NCBI GenBank assembly: GCA_965240325.2
Contig: OZ251234.1
Location: 682,001 to 746,000 of the forward strand
Source: Rebecca billardiae RCC1528
Taxonomy: Eukaryota > Protista > Haptophyta
Length of the DNA stretch: 64,000 nt
Reading direction: 5' to 3'
The position numbers were made by a program, and so were the translations under genes. Numbering within the stretch: the first letter of the stretch is position 1; each line of letters opens with the position of its first letter. The notes beneath the pieces are model-generated. The model ran no database searches. It saw nothing but the letters and a program-made list of their open reading frames with translations, and was not told the origin of the DNA. Below, piece by piece: positions 1 through 11,270 of the stretch.

Positions 1-2007
1 GCAGCAGCTGCCCCACCGGCTGCAGATGCCCCCGCCAGCGATGCGCAGGCGCCCGCTGCATTGGGGCCTGACCTTGCTCCAGCAGTCGCAGAGGCGAGCC
101 ACCCCCTGCCTGCACAGCTGCTGGGCCCGGTGCAGGAGGGCGCAGCAGCTGAGCCGCCAGCAGCAGCGCACGCTGGCCTGGCTGGCGCTGCGCTGCACGG
201 CACACAGAGTGGCAGCAGGCGGCGGCCCCGCTCGCCCGATGCAGACGCCCTGGCACACCAGGATGATAACGGTGTGAGTGGGCCCCCTGCCCAGCAGCGG
301 CGGTTGGCAGCAGCAGCAGGCTCCACACCTCGCACTGCTGGCCCCCCAATCGACGATGTGGCTGCCGGCCACGCTCAGCACCCTACTGCAGACCGGCAGC
401 CAGCAGTGCAGCTGCCACCTATACCCGCCTACGTTGCTGTCCAGCCACAGCGGCGCGGGGCGGCCACTGAGCTCCTGGCAGCAGTGGGGCATGCTGTGTA
501 CCCTACTTGCATGCATGGGGACTGCCTCCTGTTGGCAGCCATGGGCTATGTCGAGGAACGTGCAGCCGCAGTGGGCCCCTGCACCGCAGCCTACCAGGCA
601 GTCCGCTTCCTCAGGGCAGCTGCTGTGGACTGGGTGCTCGGCACAGCACGTCTCTCACGGACACACCGGCTTCAACTGGGGCTCGTGGATGCTGATGGAC
701 TGGAGGCAATCAGCATGTCTGACAGCTATAGGGCCACGTACCATGGGCAGGGTGCCCAGCCAACCCTGCACGAGTTCGCCGCGCCGCTCAGGGCTGCAGC
801 GAGCTACGGGGTCGATGGCAGGCTCGCCGCCGGTGGGGCGTCGAGGTACTGGCCCACTGTCATGATACCCGCCGTTGCGGCCGTCATGGGGCGTGACATC
901 GCAGTGTTCCAGCCGCGCGCCAGCCAGACTGCCCCTGCTGATGGGACAGCAGGCAGGCCAGAGAGCTCGGATGCAGTCGGGCACCTGGTGGCGTGCACGC
1001 TGTATAGGCACGTGCCGCGGTGGTCCAGCATGAACAACCCAGTGTATACGGACCCCCAACGCTGGCAACACCCACAGGGGGGCCCTGCAGGTGCTCCCGC
1101 TGACCCGCGCCAGCAACAGTCGGTACGCGAACGCCTCCTTGCGCGTGACCCAACTCTTGCAGCAGTGTACTTTGATGGCACCGGGCACTACGAGCCTGTG
1201 CTGCCGCTGCCGAGCCGACCGGGGCTCGAGCACAGGGAGCGCGGCCCCACAAGCAATCGGCGCGGCAAACAGCCCAGGGACCGGCCAGACGACTGCTCTG
1301 AGGACCATGGCACAGGTGCTGGTGATGGGCAGCGGCGGTTGCCAGACAGCTCTGCACTGCCTCCTCCCAGCACTGCTGCAGGCACCGGCAAGCGCCCTGT
1401 GCACAGGGGCTTCACAGGCAGCCCCCAGTCACCGGTGGCACGCTGCCCCCCGCTTGGACACCCCCCGGGGTGTAGCCAGGGAGGTGCCAGCAGCAGCGCC
1501 GGCGCGCAAGCACCACCAGTCGCGCCGCGTGGCGACCCCCCCGCTGTGGGGCGTGGCCCGCCGGCCAAACGGCGCAGCCCGGATTCCGATACCCTGCAGC
1601 AGCCTCTCTGGCCTGGCGCCCCCGCTCCTGACCAGCCCAGACCCCCGACGCCTGCGGTGCCTGAGGCCCCACCCCTGCGCAAGTCTGCCAGGCTGTGCCA
1701 GCGCCGCACGCGCGGAGCAGGCGCCACTGCAGCTCCTCACCAGCGAGACGACGCTTCGCGCGCACCCGGCGTGCAGGCACAGCCCGCCCTGGAGCAGCCC
1801 GCCGAGGCGGACCTTGGGCAGCAGCCATACATGCAGGTCGGCACACGCGGAGGGGTGGCACCAGTGCCGGCCCCAGCCCGCAAGCGCAAGCAGCCGGATG
1901 CCCCGGCCCTCGCCGCTGGTGAGCCAGCAAACCCTCCGGGCAACAGAACCCTGCCGCCTGCCTTGACCGTGAGGCCGACACGCCATACCGGGGCACATAT
2001 CACCTGA
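1..2007 (+). CDS. C-terminal part of an ORF with an OTU-like cysteine protease domain, probably transposon-encoded (5' end outside window)
   Basis: The frame is open from base 1 to TGA at 2007. Motifs CMHGDCLLLAA and YFDGTGHYEPV match the OTU Cys-box (GDC) and His-box (HY). Flanking regions are low-complexity, and the CAG-rich composition differs from the host genes. Confidence 0.6.
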   Translation, partial: AAAAPPAADAPASDAQAPAALGPDLAPAVAEASHPLPAQLLGPVQEGAAAEPPAAAHAGLAGAALHGTQSGSRRRPRSPDADALAHQDDNGVSGPPAQQRRLAAAAGSTPRTAGPPIDDVAAGHAQHPTADRQPAVQLPPIPAYVAVQPQRRGAATELLAAVGHAVYPTCMHGDCLLLAAMGYVEERAAAVGPCTAAYQAVRFLRAAAVDWVLGTARLSRTHRLQLGLVDADGLEAISMSDSYRATYHGQGAQPTLHEFAAPLRAAASYGVDGRLAAGGASRYWPTVMIPAVAAVMGRDIAVFQPRASQTAPADGTAGRPESSDAVGHLVACTLYRHVPRWSSMNNPVYTDPQRWQHPQGGPAGAPADPRQQQSVRERLLARDPTLAAVYFDGTGHYEPVLPLPSRPGLEHRERGPTSNRRGKQPRDRPDDCSEDHGTGAGDGQRRLPDSSALPPPSTAAGTGKRPVHRGFTGSPQSPVARCPPLGHPPGCSQGGASSSAGAQAPPVAPRGDPPAVGRGPPAKRRSPDSDTLQQPLWPGAPAPDQPRPPTPAVPEAPPLRKSARLCQRRTRGAGATAAPHQRDDASRAPGVQAQPALEQPAEADLGQQPYMQVGTRGGVAPVPAPARKRKQPDAPALAAGEPANPPGNRTLPPALTVRPTRHTGAHIT

Positions 2008-2207
2008 GGGCCAGGCCTTCTGTGTGATAAGCTACCCCAGTCATGCCGCTTGATACACGCCTTCCCCAACCGACAGTGGGGCTCCACGTTCCTTCCTACA
2101 TCCTCATCCTGTCGGCGCGCTGTTGCATCGGCGCCCAGTCGGCGAGTTCGGACGACGACGTTTTGTGGACGACGGTGGGGCGAGGACGACGGGCGCTGGC
2201 GCGCCGC

Positions 2208-2367
2208 GAGGCGGCCGCAGCCCTCATCCAGGCCTCGCAGGCGGACGGCTGAACGAATTTTTCCGGCGGCGCTACCATCGGCGACGGCTTCATGGGCGGT
2301 GACAGTTGGCGGGCGTCAATCTCGCCTGCCTGAGCTGTGTGCGTCTCTTATTCTTAGTAAACTGTAC
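2208..2367 (+). mobile_element. 3' end of a dispersed repeat ending ...TCTTAGTAAACTGTAC (likely a non-LTR or Penelope-like retroelement tail)
   Basis: The same sequence occurs at 54724-54864 (-), 54871-54923 (+), 54671-54720 (-) and 50924-50973 (-). Four copies stop at exactly CTGTAC, while their 5' lengths vary. Confidence 0.6.
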
Positions 2368-2368
2368 C

Positions 2369-2560
2369 GAGCTCAGCGGATGTACCATGGTACACTTTGG
2401 TACAGAATTGGTACACTGTTGGTACATGTCAGAGATGTACCAAATGTACCAATGGTGTACCAATCATGTACCAATGTGTACCAACGCATCCTGACAATGT
2501 ACCAAATGTCATTGGGTGTACCATGGTACACTTAGTTACACTTTGGTACATCTTGAGCTG
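2369..2560. repeat. Small AT-richer MITE-like segment built of TGTACCA/TGGTACA motifs
   Basis: It holds about 15 GTACC/GGTAC motifs in both orientations. The ends are imperfect inverted repeats: gagctcagcggatgtacca / tggtacatcttgagctg. Confidence 0.5.
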
Positions 2561-2689
2561 GCCGCGATACCTAAAGCCGAACGAGCACACGCCGCCCTCC
2601 GCGTCCACCACCAGTCTGTGCCCGAGAGCGCGCTCTGAGCGGGCCCGGCAGCCGCGCCGGGAGCCGCACGGGCCCGGCAGCCGCGCCCG

Positions 2690-3025
2690 CTCCTTCCCGA
2701 CCACGCCGCGCACGGCGCGCTCGCGGCCGGCTGCGGCGCGGCAAGGCTGGCCTTGAGGTCGCGCGTGCGTGCGCGCTGCTCTGAGACGAGGCGAAAGAGG
2801 CGTGGCGCAAGTCGCGCGGCGCAGGAGGGCGCCAGATGCTCTCCCGCAACAGCCCGTCCGCACGCGCCGGCTCTGCGGGCACATCCGCGCCCGCAGCGCC
2901 GTGCCCCGTGCGCGCCCCGCCAGCGGAGCACCGCCCTCGCCGCCGCCGCCCGGCGCTCAGGGAAAAACCTTGAGGTGATGTCGCGCTGGCCGCTCGCTGG
3001 GAGCTCCCGGCCCGGACCTCCCTTG
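2690..3025 (+). mobile_element. Solo terminal arm of the CAAGGG/7-bp-TSD element family
   Basis: Near-identical to the TIR at ~8005-8344, ending in ...CCGGACCTCCCTTG. Confidence 0.8.
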
Positions 3026-3292
3026 GACCCGTTCACACGTTCGACGAGTGAAGGTCCAGGCTCCGCAGTCTGCTGCCAGCCAAGCCGTTCAAAGGCGTTA
3101 CACGGCACCCTCCGCCCCTGCTTTATACTAGCAGTGCGGCCCGAGTGGCCGAGTCACTGTAGGCATCGTCCGGGAGTGTGAGTGATCGCCCGACTCGTCA
3201 TCAGCATCGGAGACAGAGCAGTCGGGCCACAGCAGTACTTAGTGACAGTCAGCTCGTTCGGGCCAGCGGCATTAATACTCGACTACGGCGGA

Positions 3293-4402
3293 TCAGACAG
3301 CGCCGAGTGTCCTTTCTGTTGGGCTGTTGGCGGTGTAGTTCTTTGCGCACGCCACCAACCCGGGCTCCTCCTTGACCTGCTGCCGCACCTCCTTGATCCA
3401 GTTACCCCTCAGGCCACTGCGTATCCACGAGAGCTTGAGCGGCGAGCCGCCTCGGACGATCGCGTAGTCCAGCTGCCAGTTCACTGTGTTGTTCATGAGA
3501 GGCTCCCAGAACTCGAAGTGGGCGGGCCTGGCCGGGCAGGAGCGCCACTTCTCCACGCCCTGACTGATGAAGCCGACAGCGCCGTGCAGGCTGAACGCAA
3601 ACGCCATGTCGTGCTTCGGCTCGGCGGTGTGCGCGAGAGTGTCGTTGGGCAAGATGTCTGGCGGCCGCACGTTGGGCACGCGCAGGAGCATGTCGGGCCG
3701 CAGCCGCACGTAGGTGCGGTACGGCGTCGGCCGGTAGCGCCGCGAGTACTCGTACGCGTCCTTGAAGCAGCTGGCCGTGTGGTGGAACTGGGTGGCGGCG
3801 ATGCTCGGGCAGCTGGCTAGCAGCGGGTCCAGTCTGAGCACCACGGCGGGGCGCAGCGCGTGCAGCAGCGCCTCGTCCAGCCCGCAATCATCGTACGCGC
3901 CATGGTGGCCCCGGTTCATGGCGTTGTGCCGCGTGTGGTAGTACACGAACACGTCGGCGCGCCACTGGCTCAGCAGCGTGGCGTGCGAGCGCGCGACCAT
4001 CGGCATACTGAAAGAGCGCAGCTCTCCGACCAGGCACACAGCCACGCCGCCATCGCCGCGCTCGAACGCGGCCCTGTACTTGCAGCTCGCGTTGGCCGGG
4101 ATCCGCAGCGCGTCCATGTTCTTGATCACGCGTGTGACCTCGGGCTTGCCGCGTCGCCCCGGCGAGGGACGAGCAGGTCGGGACGGCAAGGCGTTGGCTG
4201 CGCCGCCCAGCCAACGCGGCTCACTGCTGACATTGTCGGCCGGCGCAAACTCGTGGACGCCGCCAGCACCGACCAGCGGCCACGGCAGGGTGTGGATGGG
4301 GGACGCGGCCCCGGCTGACATGGGCACGACCCAGCACGCCAGCATCGCGATGATGTGCGTCGCGATGCACCGCCGACGGACGGGACGAATGTGGCGTGCC
4401 AT
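3293..4402 (-). CDS. Secreted or membrane-anchored glycosyltransferase-like protein (~369 aa), intronless
   Basis: It has a hydrophobic N-terminus (IIAMLACWVVPM) and the motifs VAVCLVGELRSF, DVFVY, QF...CF and YRTYVRLRPD, typical of an algal/viral GT-like family. The start codon is uncertain. Confidence 0.65.
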   Translation of the reverse strand: MARHIRPVRRRCIATHIIAMLACWVVPMSAGAASPIHTLPWPLVGAGGVHEFAPADNVSSEPRWLGGAANALPSRPARPSPGRRGKPEVTRVIKNMDALRIPANASCKYRAAFERGDGGVAVCLVGELRSFSMPMVARSHATLLSQWRADVFVYYHTRHNAMNRGHHGAYDDCGLDEALLHALRPAVVLRLDPLLASCPSIAATQFHHTASCFKDAYEYSRRYRPTPYRTYVRLRPDMLLRVPNVRPPDILPNDTLAHTAEPKHDMAFAFSLHGAVGFISQGVEKWRSCPARPAHFEFWEPLMNNTVNWQLDYAIVRGGSPLKLSWIRSGLRGNWIKEVRQQVKEEPGLVACAKNYTANSPTERTLGAV

Positions 4403-5295
4403 TGCACTGCGGCCGGGATCCAACCGGTCCGCAGACCCTGGCTGATTGAGACCCCGCGACGTCGATTCCACCCAAGGCTTATATCTCCTAAACCCCTGGA
4501 CGGCTACCCAGCCACGACATACAACGGACAACCCACAGCGTCGCGGGCGGGACCGGGGCGCGAGCCGAGCGGATGTAGGGCATGGAGGGTGCAGCCCCGG
4601 GCGAGGGGGCTGCCCTTCACGACTCGACGAACGCCAACGGCATGCTCGGCGCTGGAGCGGATTGCCCCCCTCATCCCCTTCCTGACCGTACTGCCGCGGC
4701 CGGTGGACACGATGCCAAGGAGGACGACGACGTCGAGGACGAGGAGGATGAGCCCCTTGTCAACCTGGAGGAGTCGAGCGACGACGAGTTTGGGGAGGAG
4801 GGGGGGGAGGGAGGGGCCGACGAGGGGACTGGCGATGGTGGGCCGCCGCCGCCGCCGCGCGCCGGCAGCGGTGAGTCTCCTCGGGCGAAGGCGACGAGGA
4901 GGGCGGCGGCGCTGGGGGTGCACGCGAGCTCGCCCGCGCGTTGTGTGCGCAGCCACGCTGCGCGCAGAGCAGCCACAGCGCCGCGCCCGCCCACTGCGCA
5001 AGAAGCCGCTGCGCCGCGCGCGGTGGCGGCGGCGGCGCCTCCGCGCCGCGCGCCGCCGCCGCCCGCCTCGGCTGCGGCCGCGGCACGCGCACGGCTTGCG
5101 GCTTGCGGCTTGCGGCAGCGCGGGCAGCTGCGGTGCGGCGAGCGCGCACAGCGCGCCCTCGAGCGAGCCCCATAGCCGCGCGAGCGCACCCGCGCGGCCG
5201 AGCGCACCCGCGTACGTTGGGTCGCGCGCCAGCGCCCACACGGCCACGGCCGCATGCGCCGCCGTCCGCCACGAGGGCGCGGTGCAGAGGTGCGC

Positions 5296-6960
5296 CTATT
5301 TTGGAGGCGCGCGCCGTCGAGGCGCGCACGGGGCGGGCAGGAGGGCGGGTGGGGGCAGGGGGAGCGGCGGCGGCGGCGGCGGCGCGTTGCGCGAGCCGCG
5401 GCGCACGCCCGCGCTGATCTTGAATCTCGACGGTGGCGGTAGGGCGGCCGCGGCGGCCGCGTGCGCGCGGCGCGCGCACGCGGCCGCCGCGCGCGCGTCT
5501 ACCGACGGCAGCGCGGCCTCTGCGACGGCGGCACGGTGCTGCGGGGGCGGCGGCGGCGCGACGGCGTCGGCGGTGGCGCGCTCGCGCAGCCTCTGAAGCG
5601 CGCACGCGCAGTGCCACTGCGTGTGCAGCAGCGCGCCGCTCAGCTGCCGCCGCTCCGCGCCGCCGCCGCGGTGCGCGCGGCGCGCGCCCGCCTCGGTCGG
5701 ACGCGCCCGCGCCCGCTGCGCCGTCGCCGGCTGCTGCGTCGTCGGCGACGGCGGCGGGTCGAGTGCGGAGAGGAGGTGGACGAGCCAGTGCAGCCCGGAC
5801 TGCGTGACGTCCGCGTCCGCCTCCGCCACCGCCACCGCCTCCGCCACAGCCTTCGCCCGCCCCGCCCCCCAGCGCCGGTCTCACCACCCAGGCGGCGCCC
5901 CGGGGCCGGCGCGCGCTGCGCCGCCCGCGCGCGCCGCCTCGAGCGACCAGCCGCCGCCGTCGCCGCCGTCGTCGGCGGCGATCGCGGCGGTGAGCGGCGA
6001 GGGCGGCAGCCCGTCGGGCGGCGGCGGCGGCGCGCCACCGCCCTCCGCGCCGCCCTTCGACGCCGAACTCTCACGCCGCTGCCTCCGACCCGCCCCGCCG
6101 CGCCGCGCGGGCGAGCGCTCGGATGACAAACCCTGGGCGGCGGCGTGGGCGGCGAGGCGACGCGCCCTCCGCCGCCGACGGAGGAGGTGCCGGAGGGCGT
6201 GCGCGTGAGGTCGGCGGCAGTGTGCGCGGCGGCGCTGGGCGAGTGCGCCAGCCGCTCGGGCATCACGTGCCCCGCCGCCGCCCAGGCTCCCGCGCTCGGC
6301 CGCGCGCCACGCCGCCGCGCGGTGCGAGCGCAGACAGAGGCCTGTTGACCGGTAGGTCAGATTAGCGATGCAGCCTGCGGAGAGGGTGGCGCACGCGTCG
6401 GACTCGGCAGGGTCGAGCGCGCAGTGCGCGATCACCTCGAGCAGCAGCTGCGCCACCTCGTACGCGCGCAGCGTCGGCGCGTCCGGCCGCATCACCTGGC
6501 ACTGCCCACATGGCCCACAGCGAGCACAGCAGCACGCTGCCAGCGTAGATACGCCGTTGGCGCGCGGCGCGGCGGCGGCGGCCGAACCGGCGGCGGCGGC
6601 GCGCGGGCGGCCGCCGCCAGCGAGGGTGAGGACGGACATGCCGTCCGGCGCGCCTCCCTCGTCCGCGCCGCCACCACCGCCCTCGCTCCTTTCAGCCGCC
6701 GCCCCCGCCGCCTCCGCCTCCGCCTCCGCCGCGCATGCCGCCGCGCCTGCGCGCGCCGCTCGCGCGTGCGCAGCAATGCCAATGGACGCCACAATGTCCT
6801 GCACCAGCGGCTCGAGCTCGAGCTGGCGGAGCGCGTCGAGGCCCTGGTTGGTGACGAAGGGCGAGGCGGCCGAACCGCCGAGCGCCGCGCTCACCTGCGA
6901 TGACGCGCTGCGCAACACCGCGGCCGCCCGGCCGCGCGAAAAAAAATCGGATTGCGCCAT
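5296..6960 (-). CDS. Multi-exon host gene of unknown function with an ARM-like segment; exon structure unresolved
   Basis: Protein-like pieces occur in successive frames: MAQSDFF..., AYEVAQLLLEVIAHCALDPAESDACATLSAGCIANLTYRS and DVTQSGLHWLVHLLSALDP. GTGAG donor-like sites are present. A degraded copy lies at 37750-38690. Confidence 0.45.
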
Positions 6961-7231
6961 CCGGGCCAAGCGGAAGCATTGTCAGCAAGGGCCGCCCGGG
7001 TGGCCGGGTCAGGTCTCGCCGATCCAGCGGAGTCCGGCGCCGGAGCTTTTCCATGGCAGATTTTTGGAGCGGAGCGGCCGCGCGGGGCCGCCGCCGCTGT
7101 GGCGGGCCGCTCGGGGCGTGCACGGCGTGGGCTCGTGCGGCCGCTGCTGCGCACGCCGAGCGATCTGGCGCGGTCTCGCGGCTTGTTGATGGCCTCGCGC
7201 GCCGCTGGATCGGCGACCCTGACTGAGCAAC

Positions 7232-8344
7232 CAAGGGAGGTCCGGGCCGGGAGCTCCCAGGCCGGAGCGGCCAGCGCGACATCACTCCGAAGTTTTCCCT
7301 GAGCGCCGGGCGGCGGCGGCGGCGAGGGCGAGTGCTCCCCTGGCGGGGCGCGCACGGGGCACGGCGCAGCGGGCGCGGATGTGCCCGCAGAGCCGGCGCG
7401 TGCGGACGGGCTGTTGCGGGAGAGCATCTGGCGACCTCCTGCGCCGCGCGTCTTGCGCCACGCCTCTTTCGCCTCGGCTCGGGGCAGCGCGCACGTGCGC
7501 GCCGCCTCAAGGCCAGCCTTGCCGCGCCGCAGCCGGCCGCACGCGCGCCGTGCGCGGCGCGGTCGGGAAGGAACGGGCGCTGCTGCCGGGCGAGATGGCG
7601 ACACCATACGCGCACGCCATGCCGCCCCGCCACGCCTTGACGACCGTGTCGTCGGTCCGTTTGCATGCCTCTTTGACTTGTCACAAATGGCGTGCACGGC
7701 CTCGCGGTCGTGACCCTTGTCGGGACGATCATTGAGACGCAGAACAGTGCCAGACGGGCGCGCGGGCTACTACAGTGCGTGGATGTTCATCACTGCGTGG
7801 TCATGTAGAAGTGCGGAATGCGACGCTTTCCTCGCGCTGGTGCTCTTTCATCATCTTCTTCGAGCTCAGGTCTGGCTTGGCACTGATTCAAGTGATCAGC
7901 ACTCGTCAACAGCTGTGCAGATCTATTGCCGTGCCCTGTCGCGGCATCGCGGGGCGGCATGGCGTGCGCGTATGGTGTCGCCATCTCGCCCGGCAGCAGC
8001 GCCCGTTCCTTCCCGACCGCGCCGCGCACGGCGCGCGCGCGGCCGGCTGCGGCGCGGCAAGGCTGGCCTTGAGGCGGCGCGCACGTGCGCGCTGCCCCGA
8101 GCCGAGGCGAAAGAGGCGTGGCGCAAGACGCGCGGCGCAGGAGGTCGCCAGATGCTCTCCCGCAACAGCCCGTCCGCACGCGCCGGCTCTGCGGGCACAT
8201 CCGCGCCCGCTGCGCCGTGCCCCGTGCGCGCCCCGCCAGGGGAGCACTCGCCCTCGCCGCCGCCGCCGCCCGGCGCTCAGGGAAAACTTCGGAGTGATGT
8301 CGCGCTGGCCGCTCGCTGGGAGCTCCCGGCCCGGACCTCCCTTG
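7232..8344. mobile_element. Non-autonomous P-superfamily-like DNA transposon with ~390-bp TIRs
   Basis: Termini are CAAGGGAGG...CCTCCCTTG. The arms 7232-~7630 and ~7950-8344 are inverted. There is a perfect 7-bp TSD, GAGCAAC (7225-7231, 8345-8351). Confidence 0.9.
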
Positions 8345-8627
8345 GAGCAACCACCCTTCCGGCACAAGGGCCCTTGCTGGTGCGCAGGGCATTGTGTGTA
8401 TCTTCAAATCTGGGAACCAGCGCGCACGACAGTATCTGGGTAGACCGAAATGTTCGCCCGAAGGTATCGCGAAACTGTGGGTTCATGAATGAAGGTTCGG
8501 TGGGGTGGTCGATATTCGACGCGTGGCCCAGGAACCCAGCGCTTTTGGTTTGTTGCCAACCATTCGAGGCTCCGTCGTGGGGTGTGAGTTACAAAAGTGG
8601 GTTTGGGCAAGGGGTCTTACAAATAAC

Positions 8628-9803
8628 CAGGGACCGTCGCTCGCACTTTCCGCGGCTGCGAGTAGAGTGAACTCGCACTCGCACTTTTGAGGGGACTTTG
8701 CGAGTGCACTGCGAGTTGAACTCGCAGGCCCACTGGGCGGAATGGGCGGCTGCGAGTGCGAGTGCGAGTAAAGTGCGAGTCCCAACTCGCAAAGTGCGAG
8801 TCCCAACTGGCAACGTGTCCGGGGGCGCAGCCCCCGGACACGCCCAGCGGGGGGTCCGGGGGGCCTCCCCCGGGGCCCCGCCGGCCTGAGGCGAAGAAAT
8901 TTTTTGGCCCTATTTGGCCCTATTAGAGCATGCCTTACACCCGACCCGCCGCCCTGACCACCCTGCCACCGCGCCTGCGTCGCCAGCTGTTTGTCGGCGC
9001 GCGACACCTTCTTGAAGCCCGCAGCGAGGAGGCCCGATTGCTTGAGCTGCTTCTCGACGGGCATACTCACCGACATGCCCACCTGCTGCATGGTCCGCTT
9101 CGCCCCCAGCGCTGCCTCGTCCGCCTTGATGGAGGCCTTCTTGCTGTACTCGGTCAGCGGGTGCATCGTCTTCAGGTGGTTGCCCGCGTTTGTGATCGTG
9201 AAGACCGACTTGCCCCCCTTCGAGCGCACCTTGTCGAGGGGGAGCGTGAAGCGCTGGCCGCATCCCGGCATGACGCACACGTGCGTGTACAGCTTCGGGT
9301 TGCTCGACTGACTGCCCACCTGAACGTACGAGAAGTCGGTCGGCGCCGCTTGCGAGATGGGGTGGACGTGCGTCCACAAGAGCGAGACACCTTTGCCGTT
9401 GGGGGGCAGATCGAGCCAGGCCGGGTCGATCACCCCGCGCTGGTTCGACAGCGACCAGACGGTGATCTCGGCAGCCGGCGCCGACGCAGGCGCCGAAGCG
9501 ACCGGCGCCGCCGATGAGCTCGCCATTTGCCGCCCTGGGCGGGGGCAGCGAGGCTTTGACGCTTTGTGACTCGCCTGCCGTGCAGGCGGTCACGAGGCCG
9601 CCCAGGGACTCGCACTTCTGCTCGCGCCAACTCGCATACTCGCGCTAGACCGCACCTTGCGAGTACCTTTGCGAGTTGACTCGCAAGCCCGCTGGGCCGG
9701 ATCGGCGCCTTGCGAGCGCGAGTGCGAGTGCCCTGCTCGCACTCGCGCTCGCGCCCTGCTCGCACTCGCACCGCGAGTGCCTCGCTGCGAGCACCAGCCC
9801 CTG
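8628..9803 (-). mobile_element. Internally deleted hAT transposon
   Basis: Imperfect TIRs CAGGGACCGTCGCTCGCA / CAGGGGCTGGTGCTCGCA, an 8-bp TSD CAAATAAC (8620-8627, 9804-9811), and arrays of subterminal GCGAGT/ACTCGC motifs. Confidence 0.9.
8966..9526 (-). pseudogene. N-terminal BED zinc-finger fragment of a hAT transposase
   Basis: SLLWTHV...CVMPGC...TITNAGNHLKTMHP fits the BED finger pattern. The coding sequence is cut at 8965 by a CAGGG-starting end-like segment. Confidence 0.75.
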
Positions 9804-11270
9804 CAAATAACCCACTGGGGAGGAAGCCCCCAGTGCGAGCTCGGTCCCATGCTCTGTACCCCGCGGTTCTGAAGTCCGGTGATTTCGCAGGCTTCAGCGG
9901 TGATTTTCTAGCCGAAACGCCTATTCTGAACGATCTCCGGACAAAAAGCCACTGTGGCCAGGCTTCCAAAACACCGGACTCTGGAACCGCGGGGTACGGA
10001 GCATGGGTCCACTTGCCTTCCTCCCCACCCAGTGGGTTTTTAAAGACTCCTTGGTTTGGGTTCCTCAAGTGCACCATTTTGAGTGGCCTTCTCCGTCGTA
10101 TCCCCAAACAAACCTTTTGCCTGGTTCTGAAACCTTTCCGGACCGCCAAACCGGCCGCACGATGGCGGATTCGGCATGGCGGTCCGGAAAGGCTCCAGAA
10201 CCATGGCAAAAGGTTTGCCGATCCAAACACGCCGCTTGGGGAGAGCGACGCCCTGGGGGTCAAGCCTACACGGAAAATCGAGAACACACGAGATGCCCAT
10301 GTACTTGAGGTGACGTTGAGCGCCCGGTGTGGGAGCTCACTGCTGCCGCGGGGCCGCCAGCCGACGCGCACGGTGCAGTCGTGACCGAGTGATGAAGTAG
10401 TGAGAGGTGCCGAGTTTCAGACGCGTCGTGATCCACTCACGGTGGGCATCACGTCGGACCGTTGGCCGCCTGCGGCACCGGGACGCGGACGCAGGGGCGA
10501 AGGCCGTGGCGTGCGGAGCGGAGCGCGTTGGCGAGCGCCGAGCGACACCGAACTTCAACTTTTACCGCGACGCGAGTCGGCCTTGTTGTGGCCACGCAGC
10601 TCGCACGGACAAACATAACTACAAGATTCGGGCGGGCGAAGCTACCCTCCAACCAATCAGAAAGCACATTCGGTAGTCTGAACTGCAGGAATTTCTAGCC
10701 TAAATCGCGGCGCGATTCGTCGTCGCCGAAACACATGGCTGACCATTTGAGCACCCGAATGTTTCAGCGTCCGACGTACCTTGCACTACGCTGAGATACC
10801 CCCGCGCCGTTCTAGATTCCCGAGATTGTGGGAGATGCACACTCACTATTCTAAGCCGTCTCATGTTTGATGCGATTGTATGCGGGAGAACGCGGGGTCG
10901 GCCGTGAAACTTCAAACCAAACACGGCAAGCGTCAGGTACGGTGTGCGCCTCCGGACCTCAAGGGTGGGCTCGGGCGCTTTCAGCGCCCGAGCCTTTCGG
11001 CGTCCGAAACATTTCAGGATCCGAATTGAACGTCACACAACGCGCTGGGTCACCAATTGCACGTTTTGGGGTGCAAAAGAGCCTGGGAACTAAAGAGCAC
11101 CCCGTTTGGGTACCAGATAGCACTCCATCTGCCTCCGCCCCCCCTACCCGAGGTGCGCGATCGGGTAGGGGACCCCTACCCGAGACGCTTCTGGCTCCCC
11201 TACCCGTCGGCTGATTTCGGTGGAGTGGCCTCCGCCATCGGTGGGCGCACGGGCCTCGGACTCGGCAAGT

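Larger units (their letters stand above)
8608..10053. mobile_element. Diverged P-like MITE (~260 bp) interrupted by a hAT element
   Basis: The ends CAAGGGGTCTTACAAATAAC..CCACTGGGG and CCCAGTGGGTTTTTAAAGACTCCTTG resemble the TIR of 30125-30395. The 7-bp TSD is GTTTGGG (8601-8607, 10054-10060). Confidence 0.8.

Noticed and set aside
4582-5175. Acidic plus-strand ORF as a separate gene
   Set aside because: It is low complexity, has no recognisable domain and has unresolved splicing, so I cannot support it.
4355-8670. Many overlapping Arg/Ala/Pro-rich ORFs, here and throughout the window
   Set aside because: They are expected from extreme GC content and TIR sequence, and they show no domain motifs.
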